From the IMG/VR virus record IMGVR_UViG_3300027631_000012: a DNA stretch of 64,000 bases; one strand, 5' to 3'. The DNA is from an uncultured virus (IMG/VR IMGVR_UViG_3300027631_000012) (taxonomy: Duplodnaviria; Heunggongvirae; Uroviricota; Caudoviricetes). The translations under genes were made by a program, and so were the position numbers. The notes below the pieces were generated by a model, which had not been told where the DNA came from, did not search any database, and saw only the letters and a list, made by a program, of their open reading frames with translations. Of this stretch, positions 37,253-47,900 are shown in pieces (the first letter of the stretch is position 1; every line of letters starts with the position of its first letter).

Positions 37253-38242
37253 ATGATAATAGGAACATTTTCTGGACCACCAGCTCCTGATGGGGGTAGT
37301 GCATCTGCTGTTCAGTATTCTACAATACAAGAGCTTTTGTATCAGATGCCGGATAATACGGCTAATTTGATTCAAGCTAAGAATGTTAGAAACTCGATAT
37401 ACACACTATGGGAAAGAATCTCTGAGGTGCAAATTATTGCTAGTCAATCAGCATCAGCTTCTTCGGTTTATACAAATTTAAGTCCATCAGTTGCTTCTAA
37501 CTTGGTTGGTATACCACCTGGTTCTACCTTTAGTGGAGCTAGTATGCAAGAAATGTGGGATAAATTATTATATCCTTATGTTTATCCATATGCTTCAATC
37601 TCTGGTGGTAATACTAGAGAATTCGGTTCTTCAAATGCAGTTACTTTATCTTGGACAGCAACTAAAAACACAAAGACGCTGACTTTTATAACTTTAAAGA
37701 AAAATGGTGGATCTATTCAAAATGTTTCTGTTACTGGAAATACACAAACGGGAACATTTCCAACAACTGCCGTTACAAATACAAATACAACATTTAGTAT
37801 AGACGTTACTGATAGTAATACTCCTACTCCAAATACAGTAACCGCATATACTTATGTTTATTGGGACAATAGAAGATATTGGGGAACTTTACCAAGTGGT
37901 CACCCTCTTACTACAGTTTCTAGTTTGACTTTCTCACATGGTGATATCACCGCTTTGAGTAATTCTCTAGACGGTGGATTAAGTGGAAATGGAAATTATA
38001 CACAAACAAGAACAATAACAACAAATTTTGATTATGTGGTGTTTATTTGGCCTAGTAATGCTGTTAACTTATCAACAAATCCTCCTCATGTTTCAATTGG
38101 TGGATTTGGTAATAATAACTGGATAAAAACAAGAAGTAATGTTGCATTTACTAATCAACTTGGATATACAGGAGCAACTTATGATGTTTGGGTATTTGGA
38201 AATACACAAGCTCCAAACACATTTACATATGTGATAACATAA
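37253..38242 (+). CDS. Virion structural protein (Thr/Ser-rich, Ig-like)
   Basis: VTLSWTATK...FSIDVTD, YWG motifs; first gene of the fibre cluster; TAATATATA 37224-37232. Confidence 0.55.
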   Translation: MIIGTFSGPPAPDGGSASAVQYSTIQELLYQMPDNTANLIQAKNVRNSIYTLWERISEVQIIASQSASASSVYTNLSPSVASNLVGIPPGSTFSGASMQEMWDKLLYPYVYPYASISGGNTREFGSSNAVTLSWTATKNTKTLTFITLKKNGGSIQNVSVTGNTQTGTFPTTAVTNTNTTFSIDVTDSNTPTPNTVTAYTYVYWDNRRYWGTLPSGHPLTTVSSLTFSHGDITALSNSLDGGLSGNGNYTQTRTITTNFDYVVFIWPSNAVNLSTNPPHVSIGGFGNNNWIKTRSNVAFTNQLGYTGATYDVWVFGNTQAPNTFTYVIT

Positions 38243-38260
38243 AAATAACTTAACAAAAAA

Positions 38261-41200
38261 ATGGCATACGGAACAAATAGTAATGGTGGATATTCAGGAA
38301 CGATAATAGCGTCTTCTATAAGACCTGCTGATCCATTACAAACGATAGCAACCGTTTTTTCTAATGAAATTAAAGGTGCTTTACACAGCTATGAGACAAT
38401 AGCTGAAAGAGACGCTTTAATCATTGAGAGAAGAGATTGGGGTATGTTAGTTGTTATTTATAATGATCCTATTACTGCTAACAATAAGACATATCAATTA
38501 ACTTATGGTTATTCATCTACTACATTAACAGATAATTTAAACTGGAAAGAGTTTAGTGGTTCTGGTGGTTCTGGTGGTGGTGAATGGTTAGACTCTGTTT
38601 TAACTGTTTCTTTTTCTGAACCTGTTTCTCCTTCTAATGGAGACAGATATTTAGTTGGTAGAAATCAATCAGATTCTATTAGTGGTACAAATTGGTTACC
38701 ACTGACTCCAGGTTTTGTTGCCCAATGGAATTCATCAATATCAAATTGGGAAATTACATATCCAACAAATGGAATGTCTGTTAGAATTGATGATGAAGAT
38801 AATTCTATTTATAGATATGAAGGTATTTATACTTCTGGTGGTGGATGGCAGAAAGAAAGAGAAAGTCAAGTTAGAAGATTAGTTGCTACACAAACTGGTG
38901 GTGGTAGTTATTCAGCTACTAGTACACCAATATTTAATCAATATGATACTGATAGTTTATATATTGTTAAATTCACTAATACTAACGTAAGTGCTAGTGT
39001 ATCTTTGAATGTAAATGGATTAGGTCATGTAATTGTTAAGAAAACAGACGGTTATATACTAAGTGATATTTATTCTGGTCAAATAAAAACAGGATATCAG
39101 TATATTGTAACTTATAACGGAACATTTTTTGAATTATTAGATCCATCATCAGGTGGTGGTGGTACTAGTAGTTATGATGGTAGTATAAAATATAATATAA
39201 CACCTCAAGATAATATTATTGTTAAACCAAATACTCAATATTGGGTTTATGGTGACTTAAATATTGATGGTAGTATAGACAACATGGGTCATGTTGTTGT
39301 TACTAATGGTTCAGTTACAATTGGACCAACTGGATCTTTCAATGTTGGTACTTGGTCTAATGTTTATTTTGCTGAAATTAATGGATTAGGTCAGAATAAC
39401 TATGTACCAAGATGGACTAGTCCTTATATGTTGACTGCGACATCTTCTATTATGGATGATGGATCGGCTGTTGATATAACTGGATCTACATTTTCAATAA
39501 ATTCTGATATTATCATACCTAGTGGAGCTTCCGCTGGTTATGTTTTAACATCTGATAATTCTGGCGTCGCTACTTGGCAACCTGGAGGCGGTGGTGATAT
39601 ATCGGTTGTTGATTTTGGAACTGGCATTACTTATAGTAGTGTAAATAATATTATATTTAGAGGTGGTGTTGTTAGTGTTCCTGGTTCTCCTGGTACAGCT
39701 AGTGCTGTTCAAGTTACAGGTGCTGCTCCTACTGTTACGGTTTGGATACCAGCTCCTAATTATGTTGGATATTTCAGTCCAAGTTTACCTACTGGTCCTT
39801 ATAGTAGATATGTTTCTACACCATCTACTAATGGATACACTTCATCTGTTTCTAATGGATATTTTGGAACAGGAACTTGGACACCTTCAATAACAACAAC
39901 TAGAAGTGTTACTAATGTAACTACACATACTGCATTTACTGAATCGGAATTCGCTTGTTACGACTTAAATACAACATTAACATTTAATCTTTTGAATCAT
40001 GATGGTTCAAGTTTATCATCAATTAGTAATTACGTTTTAAACGCTGCCGGATCTACAACATCAAATGGTATAACAATAACAGTTAATAGTTTTTTACCGG
40101 ATGGTGATAGATATAAAGCAAGTGTTACTGGAACAATAGCTGTTGGTACATTATTTCCAAATGGTGGGAGATTTACTTGGGGTGTTATACACAACAATAG
40201 TGGTGATGGTGTTGGTAACTCAGGAACAGGTATTTATGCTTTTACTCAATCAACTCCAGTTTTCTATGATAATGATGGATCCTCTTCAAGTGCTAATATA
40301 ACAGGAGTTGTTCAATATGATGAGAAAACACCAAATTTGAAGTATTATTCGGGTGTTGCTTTCTATAATACGGGTAGTGTTTTCGCAATGACAGCATCCG
40401 GTATTAATTTACTAAATGATATAACTATACCAACAACTAAACAAGTTGATTTTACTCCTGTTAGTTTAGGTATTGGTGTTCTTCCTGGTTTTGCTGATGG
40501 AAGTCAGCCAGGAGTTGGTAGTTCAATTACGGGATGGACTTTAGATTGGGATAAATCAGGACTTACTTTTTCAAAAGATGGTTCAATATCTTCTAGTGGT
40601 CTTTATGTTCCGGGATTTTCAACTAATAATACTATAAGTTCGGTTGCTGGGTCTTATGTTACCGTCAATTTATATGATTATGGTTTAGCTGATAGTGATA
40701 ATTCTGCTTCTAAGACAGTTCTAATTGATACAAATTCAGTTGGATCGGTTACTTATAATGATAATCCTTTAGATAGTGAAAATAGTAGATTGTCGGTTAG
40801 TGGTGTTCTTTCTAGTGGATCTTCTGCTTTTAATTCATCGCTTTCATTATCAACAACGAATACTGATGAGTTACAATACATATTTGGTAGAATAATTTAT
40901 CCACAGACTAACTTTACACTATTCAGTCCTGTTATTAACACGTCATCTTCTGTTAACTACTCAACTTTAAGTGGTTCTAATAAAACGTTTACTGTTTATA
41001 CAGATATTAATACAGGAGCGACAACTGGTGTTACTTTTACGGATTACAGATGGCATGTTACATCATATGGAGCAGACTCTAGTTATTTAACATCTATACC
41101 TAATGGCATATTCTCATTCACCAGTGGAACAACAAATTTCACAGAGGCTGACTTGGCTTATAATGCTACAACCGGATCATCGGGTACAAATGACCTAGTT

Positions 41201-41446
41201 ATACTTGTTGCTATAGATTCAACTGGATTTAGTACAACTCCTGATAAGTTCTTATATGTTTCTGGTGACCCAGTCACTTATAAGACTAGACAATCACCTG
41301 GTTCTCAGAGCTTAGATATAAATGGACAAATTAAATTTTCTGTTGGAACTCTTCCTACGGCTCAAAAAGTTTGGCTATTCATAGGATATAAAAATAGTAC
41401 AAGAGGTAAAAATTTATACATGAGTAATATACATCTTACCGTGTAA
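38261..41446 (+). CDS. Tail-fibre-like protein A (DUF2793-like segment; C-terminal domain shared with protein B)
   Basis: PSNGDRYLVG...WN...YPTNGMSV; GASAGYVLTSDNSGVATWQ; C-terminal part similar to 41654-44719. Confidence 0.65.
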   Translation: MAYGTNSNGGYSGTIIASSIRPADPLQTIATVFSNEIKGALHSYETIAERDALIIERRDWGMLVVIYNDPITANNKTYQLTYGYSSTTLTDNLNWKEFSGSGGSGGGEWLDSVLTVSFSEPVSPSNGDRYLVGRNQSDSISGTNWLPLTPGFVAQWNSSISNWEITYPTNGMSVRIDDEDNSIYRYEGIYTSGGGWQKERESQVRRLVATQTGGGSYSATSTPIFNQYDTDSLYIVKFTNTNVSASVSLNVNGLGHVIVKKTDGYILSDIYSGQIKTGYQYIVTYNGTFFELLDPSSGGGGTSSYDGSIKYNITPQDNIIVKPNTQYWVYGDLNIDGSIDNMGHVVVTNGSVTIGPTGSFNVGTWSNVYFAEINGLGQNNYVPRWTSPYMLTATSSIMDDGSAVDITGSTFSINSDIIIPSGASAGYVLTSDNSGVATWQPGGGGDISVVDFGTGITYSSVNNIIFRGGVVSVPGSPGTASAVQVTGAAPTVTVWIPAPNYVGYFSPSLPTGPYSRYVSTPSTNGYTSSVSNGYFGTGTWTPSITTTRSVTNVTTHTAFTESEFACYDLNTTLTFNLLNHDGSSLSSISNYVLNAAGSTTSNGITITVNSFLPDGDRYKASVTGTIAVGTLFPNGGRFTWGVIHNNSGDGVGNSGTGIYAFTQSTPVFYDNDGSSSSANITGVVQYDEKTPNLKYYSGVAFYNTGSVFAMTASGINLLNDITIPTTKQVDFTPVSLGIGVLPGFADGSQPGVGSSITGWTLDWDKSGLTFSKDGSISSSGLYVPGFSTNNTISSVAGSYVTVNLYDYGLADSDNSASKTVLIDTNSVGSVTYNDNPLDSENSRLSVSGVLSSGSSAFNSSLSLSTTNTDELQYIFGRIIYPQTNFTLFSPVINTSSSVNYSTLSGSNKTFTVYTDINTGATTGVTFTDYRWHVTSYGADSSYLTSIPNGIFSFTSGTTNFTEADLAYNATTGSSGTNDLVILVAIDSTGFSTTPDKFLYVSGDPVTYKTRQSPGSQSLDINGQIKFSVGTLPTAQKVWLFIGYKNSTRGKNLYMSNIHLTV

Positions 41447-41466
41447 TAAAAATAAATTAAAATAAA

Positions 41467-41640
41467 ATGACAGATATTAAAATTACCAAGATGTTCAAAG
41501 ATCCTAATACTGGAACAGACATTTATATTCTATCCATTCAAATGGGTAATGAATACCATAATATTCCTGTAACTAAAATTCAATTTGAGGAGATTTTTTT
41601 CAAATTGAGAGCTATTTACGATAATGTTGGAATAGAATAA
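41467..41640 (+). CDS. 57-aa protein missed by ORF track; putative fibre chaperone
   Basis: MTDIKITKMFKDPNTGTDIYILSIQMGNEYHNIPVTKIQFEEIFFKLRAIYDNVGIE; clear paralogue of 44739-44912. Confidence 0.8.
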   Translation: MTDIKITKMFKDPNTGTDIYILSIQMGNEYHNIPVTKIQFEEIFFKLRAIYDNVGIE

Positions 41641-41653
41641 ATATATATAGTAC

Positions 41654-44600
41654 ATGCCTAATAGTAGTCAAGATATACAAAGAAAAGCCGGATTTTTTCA
41701 CTCACTTGGTAAAGTTATAACCAAGGACACCAATGATGTCGGTAATGAACTTTATAAAAGTTCACATAATGTCAGATCCAACGAAGTTTGGATGGATTCG
41801 ATATCCTATGCCCCAACTGTTGCATCAGCTTCTCAGTATTCTGATGATATTATAGTTAGGCAAGTTGGTACTTCCTCAAACCCAGTATATTTATATCCAT
41901 TAGCTGGTTCTAATTATCAGTCGTGGTTTATGGATACTGGTACTCCTAGTGCGAAATTAACAGGATTTGAACCTTCTTCTGAATGGGTTAAACCTTTAAT
42001 AAACCCATCGGATGTTCCTAATGCTGCTGGTGCTCCTTCTTTTGGTTATGAATTTATAATGTATAAAAGAGATGGTGTTCCTATTTCTTATGGCGCAGCT
42101 TACTATGATGTTGACTACTTTGCTGGTTTAATTAGATTTGATGTGAGTAGAACTCCAAAAGATGCCGGTGCGGTTAGTGGATTATACTTTACTTTTACAC
42201 AATCTTCTTTCGAAGGTTCTACTCTTAGTGATGTTGCTAGAAAAGCTTATATACAAAGTGAATCAACTGGTGGTCCTAGAGCTGTTGCTTGGCAATATGT
42301 TGGTCAGACATTAAATGATTATTCATTCGCTGCTGAAGTTTCTTTTGGTACAAGTTCAACAATTGGATTTACTCAAAGTGGTTTAACTTACTCAGCTTAT
42401 ATTTTAGATGGTAGTTTGACTGCATCTGTTTTAAATACTGGAACAAGTGGTGGAGCTACAGCTGGATATTTTCTTTCAAATACTAGTGATGGTAACTTTG
42501 TATGGCTTCCATCTGTTGCTGGTTCTTCAGGTACGTCCGGATCGAGTGGTACAAGTGGTGTTGATGGTTCTTCAGGTACATCAGGTACGTCCGGATCGAG
42601 CGGTACATCAGGAACTTCAGGAACTTCAGGTACGAGTGGTACATCAGGTAATTCAGCTTCAGTTGAATTTTACAATACGGATACAATTTCATTTTCTACA
42701 CAAAGTATTCCTGGTGGTCTTTCAGCATCAGCTAGTATAAATCCTAATAGTTTAACTGCCTCGGTATTAAACACTGGGTCAAGTGGTGGTGCTACAGCTG
42801 GTTATGTTTTATCAAATACTGGAGATGGTAATTTTCAATGGATACCAGCTAGTAGTGGTACTTCACTAGATGTTGTTGATTATATTACTGGTGAAACTTT
42901 CAGTTCTATATCAACTATGATATTTAGAGGTGGAAATGTAACTATTCCATCACCTGGTTCTACTGCTACTGGTGTTTCTGTTACCGGTCCCGCTCCAACT
43001 GTAACAGTTTGGATTCCGGCTCCCAATTATGTTGGTTATTTTTCTCCTTCCTTGGGTGGTGGATCATCAAGATATATATCACAACCAACAAATAATACTT
43101 ATAACACTACACCTGGTAACTCTGGTGATTTTGGAATAGGATCTTGGTCACCTGCTACAAATTTCTCAGCTAATACAACAAGATCTGCTATAAACTCATC
43201 TAGTAACTTAACCGCATTTACAGAATCTGAATTCGGTTGCTTTAATAATGGTACTACAATGAGTTTCACTTTATACAATCACGATGGTTCTGTTTTATCA
43301 TCTATAAATAATTATGTCATAAATGCTGCTGGATCTACTACATCAAATGGTATAACAATAACAGTTAATAGTTTTTTACCAGATAGTGATAGATATAAGG
43401 CCAATGTTTCCGGTACAATTGCCGTTGGTACTTTATTTCCAAATGGTGGAAGATTTAGTTGGAATGTTAAACATTATAACGGAGATGGTGCTGGTAATGC
43501 TGGATTTGGCATATACTCGTTTACCAGTTCGGATATACTTTATGATAGTGATGGATCTTCTTCAAGTGCTAAGATAGCAGGTGGTGTTGATTTTAATGAG
43601 TTGACACCAACAACTGTTCAATATTCTGGTGTTAAATTTTACGCAATGAGTTCAACATTTGCTTTAACTGCATCGAGTATAAATTTATTAAATGACCAAA
43701 CTTTTCCAACAAGTAAACAAATAGATTTTACTTGTACGAATTTGGCTATTACTGGTTCTTTAGATGGTTATGCTGATGGAACAAAAGGTGTTGGTAGTAT
43801 AATAACTGGATGGTCAATTGATTGGAATAATTCAGGACTTACTTATTCAAGAACAGCTACTGTGAATTCATCTTCTACATATATACCAGGATATTCTACT
43901 AATAATACTATAAGTTCATCAGCAACTTCTTATGTTAGATCTACAATATACGATTGGTCTACTGTTGGTTTTAGTCAATCAGTTAGTAGAGCTATGTTGT
44001 TTGATACTTATTCACCTAGTTCCGTTACACTTTTAAATAATCCTATTGATAGTGAGAATGGAAGATTATCAATGACTGGTGTTATGTCAAGTGGTACTGC
44101 GTCTTTTGATTCTACTTTATCTTTATCGTCAACAAATACTGATGAGTTACAATATATTTTTGGTAGAGTTATTTATCCTCAGACAAACTTTACTCAGTTT
44201 TATCCGATATTTAATTTATCAGCATCTGTTGATTACTCTTCGTTGTCTGGGGCTAATAAAAACTTTACTGTTTATACGAATGTGGATACAGGAACAACAA
44301 CCACATTAACATTAAATGATTATAGATGGCATGTAACTTCTTATGGTGATTCATCATCTTCCGCAAGAGGTAGTGGTATTTTTACACTCAATAGTAATTT
44401 TAGTGAATCTTACTTACATTATGATGGTGTTAATAGTACAGCTGGTACTGGAGATTTGGTTATAATAGTTGGAATTGATGATACAAGTTCTAATGCGACT
44501 CCAAATAAGTTTTTATTTGTATCTGGTAATCCAGTTACATATGCTACTAGACAAGCTCCTATTTCATATAATCTAAATAATGCCACTGAATCATCTAAAA

Positions 44601-44719
44601 ATATACAGTGGTCAAAAGGCACTTTAAGTCCAGTTGTTAAAAAAGTTTGGCTGTTTATAGGTTATAAAAATTCAGCTACTGGTAAGAATTTAAGAATTAC
44701 AAATATAGCTCTTGCTTAA
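41654..44719 (+). CDS. Tail-fibre-like protein B (mosaic)
   Basis: N-terminus shared with protein C, C-terminus with protein A; short GTS repeat. Confidence 0.65.
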   Translation: MPNSSQDIQRKAGFFHSLGKVITKDTNDVGNELYKSSHNVRSNEVWMDSISYAPTVASASQYSDDIIVRQVGTSSNPVYLYPLAGSNYQSWFMDTGTPSAKLTGFEPSSEWVKPLINPSDVPNAAGAPSFGYEFIMYKRDGVPISYGAAYYDVDYFAGLIRFDVSRTPKDAGAVSGLYFTFTQSSFEGSTLSDVARKAYIQSESTGGPRAVAWQYVGQTLNDYSFAAEVSFGTSSTIGFTQSGLTYSAYILDGSLTASVLNTGTSGGATAGYFLSNTSDGNFVWLPSVAGSSGTSGSSGTSGVDGSSGTSGTSGSSGTSGTSGTSGTSGTSGNSASVEFYNTDTISFSTQSIPGGLSASASINPNSLTASVLNTGSSGGATAGYVLSNTGDGNFQWIPASSGTSLDVVDYITGETFSSISTMIFRGGNVTIPSPGSTATGVSVTGPAPTVTVWIPAPNYVGYFSPSLGGGSSRYISQPTNNTYNTTPGNSGDFGIGSWSPATNFSANTTRSAINSSSNLTAFTESEFGCFNNGTTMSFTLYNHDGSVLSSINNYVINAAGSTTSNGITITVNSFLPDSDRYKANVSGTIAVGTLFPNGGRFSWNVKHYNGDGAGNAGFGIYSFTSSDILYDSDGSSSSAKIAGGVDFNELTPTTVQYSGVKFYAMSSTFALTASSINLLNDQTFPTSKQIDFTCTNLAITGSLDGYADGTKGVGSIITGWSIDWNNSGLTYSRTATVNSSSTYIPGYSTNNTISSSATSYVRSTIYDWSTVGFSQSVSRAMLFDTYSPSSVTLLNNPIDSENGRLSMTGVMSSGTASFDSTLSLSSTNTDELQYIFGRVIYPQTNFTQFYPIFNLSASVDYSSLSGANKNFTVYTNVDTGTTTTLTLNDYRWHVTSYGDSSSSARGSGIFTLNSNFSESYLHYDGVNSTAGTGDLVIIVGIDDTSSNATPNKFLFVSGNPVTYATRQAPISYNLNNATESSKNIQWSKGTLSPVVKKVWLFIGYKNSATGKNLRITNIALA

Positions 44720-44738
44720 AAAAATAAAATTAAAAAAA

Positions 44739-44912
44739 ATGTTTGATGTAAAAATTAATAAAGTTTTCGTGGATCCAAGAACGGGTCAAGATATGTATGT
44801 TTTATCTATACAATTAGGTGATATTTACTATAATCTGAATGTTACAAAAGAACAATTTGAAAAAATTGCTACAAGATTAAAGTCAATATCCGATAATAAT
44901 GAATTAAACTGA
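44739..44912 (+). CDS. 57-aa protein, putative fibre chaperone
   Basis: MFDVKINKVFVDPRTGQDMYVLSIQLGDIYYNLNVTKEQFEKI...; ATG 44739 gives the same length as its paralogue. Confidence 0.8.
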   Translation: MFDVKINKVFVDPRTGQDMYVLSIQLGDIYYNLNVTKEQFEKIATRLKSISDNNELN

Positions 44913-44954
44913 TAATAATTAAAATTATCACTTATTAGATAAAATATATAGAGT

Positions 44955-47900
44955 ATGCCAAATAGTCAACAGAATTCAAAAATAAATGCTGCCTTTTATC
45001 ACTCACTTGGTAAGGTATTAACAGAAGCCTCTAACCTCGTTGGAAATGAGAAGTATAAGAGTGCACATAATGTCAGATCCAATGAAGTTTGGATGGATTC
45101 AATATCTTATGCTCCTACTACAGCATCTGCATCTCAATACGGAGATGGTGTTATAGTTAGACAGGTTGGTAGTGCTTCTCTTATTCCTGACTCTATTGGT
45201 GTATTTTCGAATCCTGTTTATTTATATCCTCTTACAAATACAAATTATCAAACTTGGTTTATTGATACTGGTACACCGACACCTGCTGCTGATGGTTTTG
45301 TTCCATCTAGTAACTGGGTTAAATCGTTAATAAATCCTTCAGATGTTACTGATAGTTCAGGGGCGCCTTCTTTTGGATACCAATTATTAATGTATCAAAA
45401 AGATGGTACTACTGCTATATCTTACGGTAGTGCTTATTATGATGTTGATTATTTTTCAGGACTTATTAGATTTGACATTGGTTATACACCTGCTGATAGT
45501 GGAAATGGATTAGGATTTACTTTTAATAAAGTCAATTTTGAAGCTACCTCTAACGCATCTAAACAATCATATATACAGAGTACATCAACCGGTGGTCCTC
45601 GTGTAGTTGCTTGGCAATATGTGGGTCAAAGATTAAACAATTATACTTTTTCTGGTGGTGGTACAGTATCATTCGATAATACTTCAACAATTGGTTTTAC
45701 ACAAAGTGGTGTAACTTATTCAGCATATGTTATACCTGGTAGTTTAACAGCTTCTAGTTTAAATACTGGTTCAAATGGTGGGGCTACGGCTGGGTACGTT
45801 CTTTCGAATACGGGAGATGGTGTTTTTTCTTGGATTCCTACTGCTAGTGGATCAAGTGGCACATCAGGTACAAGCGGATCTAGTGGTACATCAGGTACAA
45901 GTGGATCTTCAGGATCAAGTGGTACTTCCGGTACATCAGGATCTTCAGGATCAAGTGGTACTTCAGGTACAAGTGGATCAAGTGGATCAAGTGGTACTTC
46001 CGGTACAAGTGGATCTTCAGGATCTTCCGGTACATCAGGATCATCAGGTACTTCCGGTACAAGTGGATCTTCAGGATCTTCCGGTACATCAGGATCATCA
46101 GGTACTTCCGGTACAAGTGGATCAAGTGGTACTTCCGGTACAAGTGGATCATCAGGATCTTCCGGTACTTCAGGAACTAGTGGATCTTCAGGGTCTAGTG
46201 GAACTTCCGGTACTTCAGGATCTTCAGGATCAAGTGGTACTTCAGGATCTTCAGGATCAAGTGGTACTTCAGGTACAAGTGGGTCATCAGGATCTAGTGG
46301 AACTTCTGGTACAAGTGGTAGTTCAGGATCCTCCGGTACTTCAGGTACAAGTGGATCTTCTGGATCAAGTGGCACATCCGGTACAAGTGGATCATCAGGA
46401 TCTTCGGGTACATCCGGAACAAGTGGATCATCAGGATCTTCGGGTACATCCGGAACAAGTGGGTCATCCGGAACAAGTGGAACTTCTGGATCAAGTGGTA
46501 CATCCGGTACATCCGGTACATCAGGATCTTCTGGATCAAGTGGTACTTCAGGTACAAGTGGATCTAGTGGATCATCTGGTACTTCAGGAACAAGCGGATC
46601 ATCCGGTTCTTCAGGAACATCAGGAACTAGTGGATCATCAGGATCAAGCGGAACATCCGGTACAAGTGGATCATCCGGTTCTTCCGGTACATCCGGTACA
46701 AGTGGTAGTTCAGGTACATCAGGAACTAGTGGAATAAGTGGTATAGATGGTGTTGATGGTACTGATGGATCATCAGGAACTAGTGGAACTTCTGGTACAA
46801 GTGGATCATCGGGATCATCCGGTACAAGTGGATCATCGGGATCATCCGGTACAAGTGGATCATCGGGATCATCAGGTACAAGTGGATCATCGGGATCATC
46901 CGGTACAAGTGGTACATCAGGATCTTCAGGATCAAGTGGAACTTCTGGTACATCAGGGTCTTCAGGATCAAGTGGAACTTCCGGTTCATCAGGTACAAGT
47001 GGCGCATCTGGTCTAGGATTAAATTGGGTAGGTGATTGGACTTCAACTACACCTTATGGGCTAAATGATGTTGTTAAATATGGTTCTCCTTATAAAGTTT
47101 ATATAGCTATAACTTATAGTATTGCTCCAAGTTCTTCAACACCTGATATTAATTCTGATTGGGATTTAATGGTTATTTCTGGATCTGATGGATCAAGTGG
47201 TACATCCGGTACAAGCGGATCATCAGGTACATCAGGTACTTCAGGATCAAGTGGTAGTTCAGGTACATCAGGTACTTCAGGATCAAGTGGTAGTTCAGGT
47301 ACATCCGGAACAAGTGGATCTTCTGGATCAGCAGGTACTTCCGGAACAAGTGGATCTTCTGGATCAGCAGGTACATCCGGAACAAGTGGATCATCAGGAT
47401 CTTCGGGTACATCCGGAACAAGTGGATCATCAGGATCTTCGGGTACATCCGGAACAAGTGGGTCATCTGGATCAAGTGGAACTTCAGGATCTTCGGGTAC
47501 ATCCGGAACAAGTGGATCATCTGGATCAGCAGGTACTTCCGGAACAAGTGGATCATCAGGATCAAGTGGAACTTCAGGTACATCCGGTAGTTCAGGATCA
47601 AGTGGAACTTCAGGTACATCAGGTACTTCCGGATCAAGTGGATCATCAGGAACAAGTGGTAGCTCAGGTACATCAGGAACAAGTGGTACATCAGGATTGA
47701 GTGGTGTTGATGGATCTGATGGATCTTCTGGTACTTCTGGTACAAGTGGATCTTCTGGATCAGCAGGTACATCAGGAACAAGTGGATCATCCGGTACTTC
47801 TGGTACAAGCGGTTCATCAGGCACTAGTGGAACTTCCGGATCAAGTGGAACATCAGGTACAAGTGGATCAAGTGGAACATCAGGTACAAGTGGATCAAGT

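Noticed and set aside
911..44622. Short ORFs nested in or antisense to longer genes (e.g. 911-1150, 4837-5142, 20228-20503, 24141-24458, 32898-33209)
   Set aside because: Overlap well-supported genes and show no motifs or expression signals
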